A stretch of 64,000 bases of DNA, from positions 60,637 to 124,636 of IMG/VR virus record IMGVR_UViG_3300030330_005626; one strand, written 5' to 3'. Shown here piece by piece: positions 40,894 through 49,554 of the stretch. This DNA is from a virus (Duplodnaviria; Caudoviricetes). The notes under the pieces were generated by a model. The model searched no databases, was not told the origin of the DNA, and worked only from the letters and a program-made list of their open reading frames with translations. The position numbers and the translations under genes are program-made. Positions within the stretch are counted from its first letter, which is position 1. Every line of letters begins with the position of its first letter.

Positions 40894-43800
40894 TTAATCC
40901 TGCACTGCATAACTACATATTATATCTGTTTCATTCGTCCCAAAACAAGTCATGCTTAATATCGCTGTTTTATTAGCGGCAATACTTACGGGTTTTTCTC
41001 CAACGAATTTCCAGCTACTGTTCCATGTAAAATTCCTAGCTGAAGAGTCGCAAGTAATTCTAATTATAATAGTTTTACCCGCTCCTTTATTGGCTGCTGC
41101 CGTATCAATTACGGGATTTCCATTTAAAAGAACTTTTTGTAGCGCATCTTCGTTAAAGTCAACATCTATGTTTGCTGTTGTACCGTAGTCATGAACGCTG
41201 GTATGTAAATTACCAGTCAAGTTCAAAAGATTACTCGCGAAAGTTAAAGTAGATTCAACGTCTATAGTAGTAGAATTTCCATAAGTAAGAACGCCATCGG
41301 CAGTGCTACCATTAAAAGAAATACCTCCTCCTCCTGAAGCTCCTTGAGCGCCCGCTGCACCCTGAGCCCCAGCACTTCCTCCAGAACCCGCTGCACCTTG
41401 AGCACCCGCTGCCCCCTGAGCTCCAGCACTTCCTCCAGAACCTCCAGCACCTTGATCGCCTTGGTTTCCACTACCTGTCGCGCCCTGAGCTCCTTGGGCA
41501 CCCGCACTCCCTCCTGAACCCGCTGCACCTTGGGCTCCTGCTGCGCCCTGATCTCCTGCACTTCCTCCTGAACCCGCTGCACCTTGGGCTCCTGCTGCGC
41601 CCTGATCTCCTGCACTCCCTCCTGAACCCGCTGCACCTTGGGCTCCTGCTGCGCCCTGATCTCCTGCACTTCCTCCTGAACCCGCTGCACCTTGGGCTCC
41701 TGCTGCGCCCTGATCTCCTGCACTTCCTCCTGAACCCGCTGCACCTTGAGCACCCGCTGCACCCTGAGCTCCAGCACTTCCTCCAGAACCCGCTGCACCT
41801 TGGGCTCCTGCTGCGCCCTGATCTCCTGCACTTCCTCCTGAACCCGCTGCACCTTGGGCTCCCGCTGCGCCCTGAGCTCCTGCACTTCCTCCAGAACCCG
41901 CCGCGCCTTGAGCTCCCGCTGCGCCTTGATTACCTGTGTCACCTTTGTCTCCTGTACGCGCAAAAGTAATAATTATTTCTTCAGCATTGCTAAAAGGCGA
42001 AGCCGTTGAACCGTCTACGTTAGAAATGGAGAGTTTAAAATACCCAGTTTCTTCTACTAGTGCTGAAATTGTAAACAATAAAAACTGAGAAGAATCAGTT
42101 TTGTTAGAAATTCTGAAGTGCCCTTTTATAGTGGAAGTAGAATCGTCGATGGTACGCATGTAAGCCTGTATATCCGTGCCATCTGCGTCTGTGTCATCTA
42201 TAAAAAGTACTGTAGCTGTATTTTGCGTCGATTGATTTAACCCTAATTTTCCTGCGCCAGGATCAGCATCACTAGTAGAAGTATTAAAGGTGTAAACGAA
42301 TGTGACGCCTCCAAAATTACCATCATCGCCTTGATTTCCTTGAGCTCCTGCGCTACCCCCAGCCCCTTGAAAACCCTGAAAACCTTGAAAGCCCTGAAAA
42401 CCTTGAGCACCTGTTGCAGCTTCACCACCTGACTGACCTTGAACTCCTTGAGCCCCTTGGTTTCCTGTCGCTGAAGCTCCTTGATCTCCTTGAGCGCCAC
42501 TTCCAGTCGCCCCTTGGTTACCTTGGGCACCCGCACTACCTCCAGCACCTTGATTTCCTTGAGCTCCTGCTGCCCCTTGATCACCTGAGCCAGTAGCTCC
42601 TTGATTACCTTGATTACCTTGATTACCTTGAGCCCCGTCAGAACCATTACTACCTGCTGCGCCCTGAGCTCCCGCTGCGCCCTGAGACCCCGCTGTGCCC
42701 TGAGCCCCAGCGCTTCCCCCAGAACCCGCTGCGCCTTGATTTCCTTGGGCTCCTGCTGCTCCTTGATTACCTGAGCCAGTGACCCCTTGAAATCCTTGGA
42801 AACCTTGAAAACCTTGTTCGCCTTGATTTCCTTGGGCTCCTGCTGCTCCTTGATTACCTGAGCCAGTGACCCCTTGAAATCCTTGGAAACCTTGAAAACC
42901 TTGTTCGCCTTGGTTGCCTTGAGCTCCAGAGCTTCCTGTTGACCCTTGATTACCCTGAGCTCCAGCAGCACCTTGGTTTCCTTGATTACCTTGAGCCCCT
43001 TGAATACCTTGTCTTCCTTGAACTCCTTGATTTCCCACTGCGCCTTGAGAACCTTGAGAACCAGAAGCACCTTGATTACCTGTTGCTGAAGCGCCTTGAT
43101 TACCCTGATTACCCTGATTACCCTGATTACCTTGAGCTCCAGCAGCACCTTGGTTTCCTGTGTCGCCTTTGTCACCAGTTCTAGCAAAAGTAATTATAAC
43201 CTCTTCTGCATCGCTAAATGGTGAACTTGCTGAAAAATCAACATTTGATACTACTATACTAAAATAACCAGAAGACTCACTTAAACTCGAAATCGTAAAC
43301 AATAAAAATTGCGAACTATCTAACTTATTTGAAATCCTAAAATGACCTTTTATAGTCGATGTGGAATCGTCGATAGTACGCATGTAGCTTTGAATATCTA
43401 TGCCATTTGCGTCCCTATCATCTATATAAAGCCTATTACTAGTTCTTTGGGTGGATTCGTTTAACTTTAATTTCCCAGAACCAGGATCACTGTCAGCAGT
43501 ATCACTATTAAAAACATAAGCAAAAGTAACCCCTCCAAAATTTCCATCATTACCTTGGTAACCTTGAAACCCTTGATCGCCTTGGTTCCCCTGAGAACCT
43601 TGATTACCTTGGTTGCCTTGGTAACCCTGACTACCTTGACTACCTTGATTTCCTTGAGCTCCTTGATTACCTTGGGCTCCAGCAGCACCTTGGTTACCTT
43701 GATCCCCTGAACCAGTGGCCCCTTGATTACCTTGGTTACCTTGATTTCCTTGAGCGCCCGCTGCCCCTTGGTCCCCTTGGGCTCCAGCACCACCTTGATT

Positions 43801-43986
43801 ACCCTGAGCACCTTGGTTTCCTTGGTAGCCTTGGTAGCCTTGATCACCTTTATCTACCGCTGAACCGTCTCTACCTTGAGCACCTTGAGAACCTTGCGCT
43901 CCCAAAGCGACTGAAACTGTGCTAGAGCCGCCTGTACTGGTATTTACAGTGCCTCCACCTCCAGCTATTACATCTACAATAGCCAT
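40894..43986 (-). CDS. Collagen-like fibre protein (1030 aa) with duplicated globular domain
   Basis: Three Gly-X-Y tracts separated by two ~125-aa homologous domains (GNFGGVTF...ITFARTGDKG); C-terminal beta domain. Confidence 0.88.
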   Translation of the reverse strand: MAIVDVIAGGGGTVNTSTGGSSTVSVALGAQGSQGAQGRDGSAVDKGDQGYQGYQGNQGAQGNQGGAGAQGDQGAAGAQGNQGNQGNQGATGSGDQGNQGAAGAQGNQGAQGNQGSQGSQGYQGNQGNQGSQGNQGDQGFQGYQGNDGNFGGVTFAYVFNSDTADSDPGSGKLKLNESTQRTSNRLYIDDRDANGIDIQSYMRTIDDSTSTIKGHFRISNKLDSSQFLLFTISSLSESSGYFSIVVSNVDFSASSPFSDAEEVIITFARTGDKGDTGNQGAAGAQGNQGNQGNQGNQGASATGNQGASGSQGSQGAVGNQGVQGRQGIQGAQGNQGNQGAAGAQGNQGSTGSSGAQGNQGEQGFQGFQGFQGVTGSGNQGAAGAQGNQGEQGFQGFQGFQGVTGSGNQGAAGAQGNQGAAGSGGSAGAQGTAGSQGAAGAQGAAGSNGSDGAQGNQGNQGNQGATGSGDQGAAGAQGNQGAGGSAGAQGNQGATGSGAQGDQGASATGNQGAQGVQGQSGGEAATGAQGFQGFQGFQGFQGAGGSAGAQGNQGDDGNFGGVTFVYTFNTSTSDADPGAGKLGLNQSTQNTATVLFIDDTDADGTDIQAYMRTIDDSTSTIKGHFRISNKTDSSQFLLFTISALVEETGYFKLSISNVDGSTASPFSNAEEIIITFARTGDKGDTGNQGAAGAQGAAGSGGSAGAQGAAGAQGAAGSGGSAGDQGAAGAQGAAGSGGSAGAQGAAGAQGAAGSGGSAGDQGAAGAQGAAGSGGSAGDQGAAGAQGAAGSGGSAGDQGAAGAQGAAGSGGSAGDQGAAGAQGAAGSGGSAGAQGAQGATGSGNQGDQGAGGSGGSAGAQGAAGAQGAAGSGGSAGAQGAAGAQGASGGGGISFNGSTADGVLTYGNSTTIDVESTLTFASNLLNLTGNLHTSVHDYGTTANIDVDFNEDALQKVLLNGNPVIDTAAANKGAGKTIIIRITCDSSARNFTWNSSWKFVGEKPVSIAANKTAILSMTCFGTNETDIICSYAVQD
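41494..41925 (-). repeat. 8 x 54-bp tandem repeat (GAAGAQGAAGSGGSAG[AD]Q)
   Basis: Near-identical 54-nt units read directly. Confidence 0.92.
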
Positions 43987-43994
43987 ATTTTAGC

Positions 43995-44372
43995 CTATGG
44001 TAAAGTAACCCCCGCTGAAGTAACTTCTGGGGAAACTACAAATTTCCCTTTTACTACTTTTTCTACGAATTGACCTGTACCGTCACCACTATAAATTTCT
44101 ATACCGTAAAGACCTTCGCTTACGGGAAAAGTTTGAGTGGTGGAAGCTAAAATTGTTACATTAAATCTTCCGCTTGTTTCAAATCCACTAACTGGGGTGG
44201 GATTGAGGTCTACTAAAGCATTGGTGTCGCTATACCTTAACTTTGCGACACCGCTTAACTTATATCCAGCCGCCCCACTTAAATTATATGGGGTACCAGA
44301 ATTGTTTTTAACTTCAAAAGTTGTATTAAATTCCGCCCCTTGAGTTATCTGAAAATCATAAGTGGTCGCCAT
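43995..44372 (-). CDS. Small virion structural/adaptor protein (BppU-like Ig fold suspected)
   Basis: 'YDFQITQGAEF...YNLSG...GLYGIEI...VVKGKFVVSPEVT'; precedes fibre gene; GTGTA at 44384-44388. Confidence 0.55.
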   Translation of the reverse strand: MATTYDFQITQGAEFNTTFEVKNNSGTPYNLSGAAGYKLSGVAKLRYSDTNALVDLNPTPVSGFETSGRFNVTILASTTQTFPVSEGLYGIEIYSGDGTGQFVEKVVKGKFVVSPEVTSAGVTLP

Positions 44373-44410
44373 ACATCATTTATTACACTTTTTATAAGGT
44401 AAAAATGAAA

Positions 44411-44782
44411 TTATTTTCCTTCGCTCAGAATTTTTCTAATATCTGGCGACAAATTACCTTCGATATTATTTATTTGAAGATTTTCTGGCACTGTAGCTGT
44501 GTATTTAATTTTGTGATGAACAAATTCTTTTATGAGTCTTTTTTCTAGCTCTGCTCTATTGTCGATAGGTATTAAGCCAAGTTTGTTGGCGTGAGCTTGG
44601 ATGTCTGATTTAGTCATGTCTTTAAGCTGACGAATGTACTCTTCTTCGTCAAAAGTACCATACTTTTGTATTCCAGAGTCGCCCCAGATTTGATCTAAGC
44701 TCGAATACACAGGTTTTTCCACTTTACCGTGAGCTTGAGACATATCTTCTACTTTTTTAACATTTTTCTTTTTTCTAGGCAT
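44411..44782 (-). CDS. Hypothetical protein after major capsid gene
   Basis: 123 aa; GTGTA at 44793-44797. Confidence 0.65.
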   Translation of the reverse strand: MPRKKKNVKKVEDMSQAHGKVEKPVYSSLDQIWGDSGIQKYGTFDEEEYIRQLKDMTKSDIQAHANKLGLIPIDNRAELEKRLIKEFVHHKIKYTATVPENLQINNIEGNLSPDIRKILSEGK

Positions 44783-44815
44783 ATCTTTATATTACACCTT
44801 TAATTCCTTAAAATC

Positions 44816-44846
44816 AAATAAAAAACCCCGCCCGAAGGCGGGGTTT
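44816..44846 (-). terminator. Rho-independent terminator after major capsid gene
   Basis: AAACCCCGCC-TTCG-GGCGGGGTTT hairpin followed by U-rich tail. Confidence 0.92.
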
Positions 44847-44871
44847 GGGAGAACCATTAGATGGTTTTGTA

Positions 44872-46011
44872 TTAGTCGTTGTCTCTGAGGTTGATACCAA
44901 CAATGGCGCGAGCATCCAAGCAAACGCGACCCTCTTCCAAGAAGCCATAGAAGCCCATTTTTTCTTGGCGAGCAGCATAGAACTGATCGTCGGGAACCGC
45001 AGTGAAGGTTTCGCCACCTTCGCCGCGAGCAACAGGGCGAACAAAAGCACCCTTGCTGTTGTCGATACCGATGAGCGTAGCATCATCAGCGTCAATAACG
45101 CCAGAGTTTCCGCCGTTAACGTCAGTGTAGTTCGTCGAGCCAGCGAAAGTATCAAGAAGAGTTTGATACTTCTCACTGGAACCGAGTTCAAGAAGTTGGT
45201 GAATATTTACACCAAAGATTGAACCAGCACCAGCGGCACGATAGATATCACTGCGAACGGAGTCTGGTAAATCAGTACCAGCGTTACCAGCGGTAGAACC
45301 ACCAACAGCATTATAAGCAAATGCGCGAATGTCGGCCATCTGCTTAGGACCAACGTACAAATCGGTGATACCCTTGCTGTAAGCTTCAGCGGGAGTTCCA
45401 CCAGCGTAAGACTCGTTAATGCGAGCCATTCTTTGCATCATGTCGTTAAGGTCTTGCAAGGTAAAGTCCGAAACCTTCGGGCTAGTACCAGCAGTGCTTT
45501 GAGACTGAAGGAGGTGCTTGTTACCACCTGTTTCAGCTTCAGCAAGAGCCTTGAGGACAACCGCCCAAGCGTTACGATCCTGCTTAACAACGATCTCATT
45601 AGCCATTCTTTCGACGGCTTTGCTAACCACGTCAAGGCGAGCCTTGCGAGCGTAGCGTTTGCCCATGCTTACAGCACTATCTAAACGAAAAGTGGCAATT
45701 TTGAGTTCTTCTAAGCCAGAGATGTGAGAGGTGGGGAGTCCACCAGCGATGTTTTGACTCCAAACCTGAACTACGTTAGCACCTTCATTATAGTAAAGGT
45801 CCAAAGGATAACTAGGATTGTCGTCTTCGTCATACGGGGCATCCGTGAAAACAGCCGAAGAAGTATTAGCTTGCATGATGACCTGACGAACTACAGGTCC
45901 GAGAAAAGCAGCAAACGCCTCAGAGGCTTCACGAGCTACCGCAGGGTCTTTAGAACCCATCGCCTTGATGAGTTCAACCTGTTCTGGGGTATTTTTTAAT
46001 TTTAATCTCAT
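44872..46011 (-). CDS. Major capsid protein (HK97-fold presumed)
   Basis: 379 aa; follows protease/scaffold and decoration genes; strong terminator; distinct high-expression codon usage; C-terminal 'GFYGFLEEGRVCLDARAIVG'. Confidence 0.85.
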   Translation of the reverse strand: MRLKLKNTPEQVELIKAMGSKDPAVAREASEAFAAFLGPVVRQVIMQANTSSAVFTDAPYDEDDNPSYPLDLYYNEGANVVQVWSQNIAGGLPTSHISGLEELKIATFRLDSAVSMGKRYARKARLDVVSKAVERMANEIVVKQDRNAWAVVLKALAEAETGGNKHLLQSQSTAGTSPKVSDFTLQDLNDMMQRMARINESYAGGTPAEAYSKGITDLYVGPKQMADIRAFAYNAVGGSTAGNAGTDLPDSVRSDIYRAAGAGSIFGVNIHQLLELGSSEKYQTLLDTFAGSTNYTDVNGGNSGVIDADDATLIGIDNSKGAFVRPVARGEGGETFTAVPDDQFYAARQEKMGFYGFLEEGRVCLDARAIVGINLRDND

Positions 46012-46031
46012 GATGATTTATTCCTTATAAT

Positions 46032-46592
46032 TTAGAGTTCGAGTTTGATTAGACAGGTCTTGTAGGTGCTGTCAACCGAACCTAAAGCTTGAGCAACAGC
46101 GGGGTTACCGTTATTACCAGTAGTCAACAAACCGTTAGCGTCAGAATAAAGCTTCTGGCCAGCGGTAACAGTCTGTCCTTCAAGAGTAGAGCCACTGTAA
46201 AGGAATACACCTTTAGTTACAACGGGTACAGCTTGACCACTCAAAACGACTTCCATCTCCGCAGCTTTGCGAGGATTGAATTTGAGTTTCTCTCCGTTTT
46301 CGTCCTCTTCTCTTACGCTGTAGAGAAGAATACCCAAAGGATTGAGATCGCCAGTATTCGCAGCGCGAACGGCGGCATCAACGCCCCATCTTTGACTAAC
46401 GGTGTTGTCGTAAGAAGCGCCAACACTGTCGATCATGTCGAGTTCGTCACTCTGGGTCCAGCCTTGCTGAATCGAAACAACCTTTCCGTTGTCAGCAGGA
46501 AGAGTCCCGCTAAACTTGTAAAGGTTGATTACGTCGTGCTCGCTGTAATCCCTGAATGGTTTTAATTCACTAGTTCTATTAATAGCACTCAT
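46032..46592 (-). CDS. Capsid decoration/cement protein
   Basis: Between scaffold and MCP; 'LGILL..V.E.DENGEKL...VLSGQAVPVVTKG...GQKLY'. Confidence 0.65.
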   Translation of the reverse strand: MSAINRTSELKPFRDYSEHDVINLYKFSGTLPADNGKVVSIQQGWTQSDELDMIDSVGASYDNTVSQRWGVDAAVRAANTGDLNPLGILLYSVREEDENGEKLKFNPRKAAEMEVVLSGQAVPVVTKGVFLYSGSTLEGQTVTAGQKLYSDANGLLTTGNNGNPAVAQALGSVDSTYKTCLIKLEL

Positions 46593-46617
46593 GATAATTT
46601 ATTTCCTTATAATAATA

Positions 46618-47262
46618 TTAATAATCAATTTCGAAGTTGTCCAAATTGAAAGCTTTTTGATACTTTTCAGTCAAAGTAGCTTCAGAGGCTTCAGAGGTTG
46701 AAGGCAATTGCGCCTTGTCAACTTCAGCGTTTTCAATAGCAGACTCTAAAATATTTTCAGCGTCTTGCTCTTCAACGGAAGCTACAGCCTCTTCTTTAGT
46801 CTCTTCGGCTTCTACTACTTCTTCAGTAGCAGCTTCGACAGTTTCTTTATTCTCAGCTTTTTTATCCAAAAGAACTTTCATTTTCTTGGAGTAAGCTTCG
46901 AAGTCTTCCTCGGTCATGTCTTTAATGTCAGATGCAAGAATACCACGATGATCATCGTCAAGGTCGTATTCGGCATCAAACGCAGCCATGCGTTGGTTGA
47001 ATAAATCTTCAGCAGCCTTAATGCGCTGTTCCTCTTTAAGAGTTTCAAGCTCTTTTTTTACCGACTCAAATTCCTCTGCAATAGTCTTTTGAGCGTCTTC
47101 GGCAGCGCTAAGTTTCTCCTGAACTTCTTGCTTCTCCGCTACGAATTTCTCGGAAGCTTCTTGAAGCTGATTCTCGATGTAATCCGTAATCACAGAAGCT
47201 TTAACCTCTCCTGCTACCAAGGACTCATCCGTGATTTGTTGAATGTCAGTAATTTTATCCAT
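46618..47262 (-). CDS. Nested in-frame scaffold protein (214 aa, from Met283)
   Basis: TAAGGA SD-like site upstream of ATG 47262 and internal promoter at 47287-47311. Confidence 0.6.
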   Translation of the reverse strand: MDKITDIQQITDESLVAGEVKASVITDYIENQLQEASEKFVAEKQEVQEKLSAAEDAQKTIAEEFESVKKELETLKEEQRIKAAEDLFNQRMAAFDAEYDLDDDHRGILASDIKDMTEEDFEAYSKKMKVLLDKKAENKETVEAATEEVVEAEETKEEAVASVEEQDAENILESAIENAEVDKAQLPSTSEASEATLTEKYQKAFNLDNFEIDY

Positions 47263-48108
47263 AACTGTTAATTCCTTATTTGATGATACATTTATTTCTT
47301 CAGTTTGGGAACCTTTTTGTTCTGTTTTTGATGATTTATTTTCTTTTTCTATGTTTTTATTTTCTGGTTTTAGATTAACGGCAACCCCAACAACGTCGGC
47401 AGCAGGGTTTTCAGTTAAGCCTATACCCAAAGGCACGACATCATTAATGACCTGCCTATACACTCCAGAACCATTTTCTAAAACCCCAGAACCTCCAAAG
47501 CCCTTTAAAGAACTTTTTAACTCTTGAATTTTTTCAATGTCTGAAATTATTTCAGCGTTTTCTATATTTTTTTCCTCCTCGGAAGAAACAATAATATTGT
47601 ATTCGCTAAAACCAAGTTCCCAACTTGCTGAAATTTTTAAATAATCATCACTAGTGGGGTCACTGGCGTTCTCTATGATTTGCGAAAGCTTGCTATTTAC
47701 AACTTTCCAAACCACACCACCTAAAGTAATATTAAACGGGCCTTTTAGTTCTTTTGCTTGCTCTTCGGTAAGTTTGTTGTCTGTTCCAAACTCACTAAAA
47801 CCAGCGGTTAAAATTACGCCAACGACTTTATCTCTATTATGCTCAATGTTCATTGGCTTGTTAATAAAGTCTTTGTACATTGCCATAGCTGTATCAGTGT
47901 CAACTACGTCGCCGTTTTTATTAACTCTATTAATAACGCAAGCATTAAAAGCAACAGGTAACAGGTCTACATTTTTAGAAGTGTTAACCTCTGGTATAAA
48001 ATCACCGACCTCAACCAAGCTGGCCATAGCCAAATATTTGTCTTTTTCTTCCGAGACTAACGGCTTAATCTCTGAACTAAAAATAGTAGTAAATTTATGT
48101 TCTTTCAT
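46618..48108 (-). CDS. Prohead protease-scaffold fusion
   Basis: NKNGD, KPMNIEH, SASWE (His/Ser protease-like), GLTENPAA, then acidic coiled-coil C-terminus. Confidence 0.8.
   Translation of the reverse strand: MKEHKFTTIFSSEIKPLVSEEKDKYLAMASLVEVGDFIPEVNTSKNVDLLPVAFNACVINRVNKNGDVVDTDTAMAMYKDFINKPMNIEHNRDKVVGVILTAGFSEFGTDNKLTEEQAKELKGPFNITLGGVVWKVVNSKLSQIIENASDPTSDDYLKISASWELGFSEYNIIVSSEEEKNIENAEIISDIEKIQELKSSLKGFGGSGVLENGSGVYRQVINDVVPLGIGLTENPAADVVGVAVNLKPENKNIEKENKSSKTEQKGSQTEEINVSSNKELTVMDKITDIQQITDESLVAGEVKASVITDYIENQLQEASEKFVAEKQEVQEKLSAAEDAQKTIAEEFESVKKELETLKEEQRIKAAEDLFNQRMAAFDAEYDLDDDHRGILASDIKDMTEEDFEAYSKKMKVLLDKKAENKETVEAATEEVVEAEETKEEAVASVEEQDAENILESAIENAEVDKAQLPSTSEASEATLTEKYQKAFNLDNFEIDY
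47287..47311 (-). promoter_or_regulatory. Internal bipartite late promoter TTCCCA-N14-ATGTA
   Basis: Matches the tail-tube promoter in sequence and spacing, including downstream AAATAAG. Confidence 0.65.
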
Positions 48109-48118
48109 GATTAAATTT

Positions 48119-48490
48119 TTATCTAGTACTAGAGTGGTAGTAATTTATAAGCAGAGAGTAATCAGTATCAGTGGAATCACATAACACGTAAAGGCCAGCG
48201 TTGTGTCTAATTTTCAAAGCTTGGGTAAAATTAATTACATCAGTAGAATTACCGTTATCACTAGCTTTTACAAACAATTTTAAAACCTGTGTTCCGTTAC
48301 CCGTGGTTCCATCGAAAAAAGTAAAATCTCCATCAGTATTTTTACTAACAACTATATCAGTTATATTAACAGACGAATTGCCACCGTCTGTACTAATAGC
48401 TAAATGACCCGCTGAAATATCACCCGTTACCGTTGCGTATTGTGCGCTATTCGGTAACCCGTCGTCTCGAAAACTTCCTGCTGCTGACAT
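48119..48490 (-). CDS. Small beta-rich putative virion protein
   Basis: AGGAG SD; head operon. Confidence 0.65.
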   Translation of the reverse strand: MSAAGSFRDDGLPNSAQYATVTGDISAGHLAISTDGGNSSVNITDIVVSKNTDGDFTFFDGTTGNGTQVLKLFVKASDNGNSTDVINFTQALKIRHNAGLYVLCDSTDTDYSLLINYYHSSTR

Positions 48491-48515
48491 ATTATATAAT
48501 CTCCTAAATATTAAA

Positions 48516-48653
48516 TTAATTATCGTGACATGAGCAATTACAACAGACTTCTGTTATATCCTCACTATCGCAATTACAATTATTGCATTTTGATTCAGAC
48601 TCTAACGAGGAGTCATTAATTTTACCGTTGCACTCGTGTTCGAAGTTTTTCAT
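48516..48653 (-). CDS. Unannotated 45-aa Cys-rich metallothionein-like protein
   Basis: MKNFEHECNGKINDSSLESESKCNNCNCDSEDITEVCCNCSCHDN; fills the gap, ATG 1 nt after the upstream stop. Confidence 0.7.
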   Translation of the reverse strand: MKNFEHECNGKINDSSLESESKCNNCNCDSEDITEVCCNCSCHDN

Positions 48654-48654
48654 A

Positions 48655-49167
48655 TTAATTAAATTCGAAAGGCAATTCCCCACCATCTTCTTCTAGGTAT
48701 AAATCCTCAAAAGAAAATTTATAATTCAAATCATATTTTTCTATATCTTCTCCAGCATGTATAAAATCTTGCTTTTCGGGAAGCATAAAATCTACTAAAT
48801 CAATTTCATTTTTCGCATCTAAAACTAAAGAAGCATTTGTTTCCTTTGGGAAGGGTTCCCCTTTTAAAATCCTCAAATATAGATTAACTCTGGCCATTGC
48901 CCATAGCCCTCTTTTTTCATCTGGATCGGGTACTTCAGCGAAAACATTACCAGCAGCCCTTCGGTATACTTTTTTAAGCTGCTTTAAAGTAACTTTGTTG
49001 TGGCTAGACTCGTTGTGAGCTTCAAGCTTTTCCTCTAAAGCTTTAACAACTTTAACGGAAAAATTTACAGCATCATCATCCTTTAGAACTTTCAAAGATT
49101 CTTTCCACGATAAATTATCATGTCCACCGTTGTGAAACCCTTCAAGTTCGTATTCAATTTCTTTCAT
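48655..49167 (-). CDS. Hypothetical head-region protein with LKKVYRR...WAMARVN motif (DUF5824-like); probable start MKEIEY at 49167
   Basis: GTGTA at 49183-49187; the longer ORF call would cross a terminator. Confidence 0.6.
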   Translation of the reverse strand: MKEIEYELEGFHNGGHDNLSWKESLKVLKDDDAVNFSVKVVKALEEKLEAHNESSHNKVTLKQLKKVYRRAAGNVFAEVPDPDEKRGLWAMARVNLYLRILKGEPFPKETNASLVLDAKNEIDLVDFMLPEKQDFIHAGEDIEKYDLNYKFSFEDLYLEEDGGELPFEFN

Positions 49168-49227
49168 TTCCGTTAATTTATATACACGCAAAATATAATT
49201 AATTTTAAAAAAATCAAATATTTTTCC

Positions 49228-49261
49228 AAAAAAATAACCGCACCCCTTTCGGGGTACGGTT
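49228..49261 (-). terminator. Rho-independent terminator
   Basis: AACCGTACCCC-GAAA-GGGGTGCGGTT hairpin followed by ATTTTTTT. Confidence 0.88.
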
Positions 49262-49288
49262 TGGGGGTTAGGTAGCCGAGGCGAAAAA

Positions 49289-49519
49289 TTACTTCTTCTT
49301 ACCGTCTTTAACCTCTGCCGTTGGGAACGGCACATCCACATTTACAAGAGGAGCAGTCAGTGACACGCCAGATTTACCGAGTTCGGCATCTAACACGGAC
49401 TCCTTGTTGGCCGCTCCACCAATAGTGACGGAAGGCAATTTAGAACTAATAGCACAACCCATCCCCAAAAAGGTAGCGGTTGCACCAATCAACATTACTT
49501 TAATAATATTATTCTTCAT
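49289..49519 (-). CDS. Small lipoprotein
   Basis: Signal peptide with lipobox-like GMG-C; own promoter and terminator. Confidence 0.7.
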   Translation of the reverse strand: MKNNIIKVMLIGATATFLGMGCAISSKLPSVTIGGAANKESVLDAELGKSGVSLTAPLVNVDVPFPTAEVKDGKKK

Positions 49520-49554
49520 AACTTAATACCCTTAACATAAGGGTGTACTTATAT

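Noticed and set aside
41494-41925. 54-bp periodic array as CRISPR
   Set aside because: No unique spacers; in-frame coding tandem repeat; no cas genes.
41940-43545. Duplicated domain as a DGR template/variable repeat pair
   Set aside because: Both copies are in frame in one gene, differences are not adenine-specific, and no reverse transcriptase is present.
41262-43847. Alternative-frame ORFs in the second collagen gene
   Set aside because: Same repeat-driven lack of stop codons.
44814-45191. Overlapping ORF as a frameshift extension of the major capsid protein
   Set aside because: Would add only about 19 residues running through the terminator hairpin; no domain or clear slippery site.
49168-49341. 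N-terminal 58 aa of the 228-aa ORF call
   Set aside because: Crosses a strong terminator and overlaps the lipoprotein gene; ATG 49167 has a GTGTA promoter.
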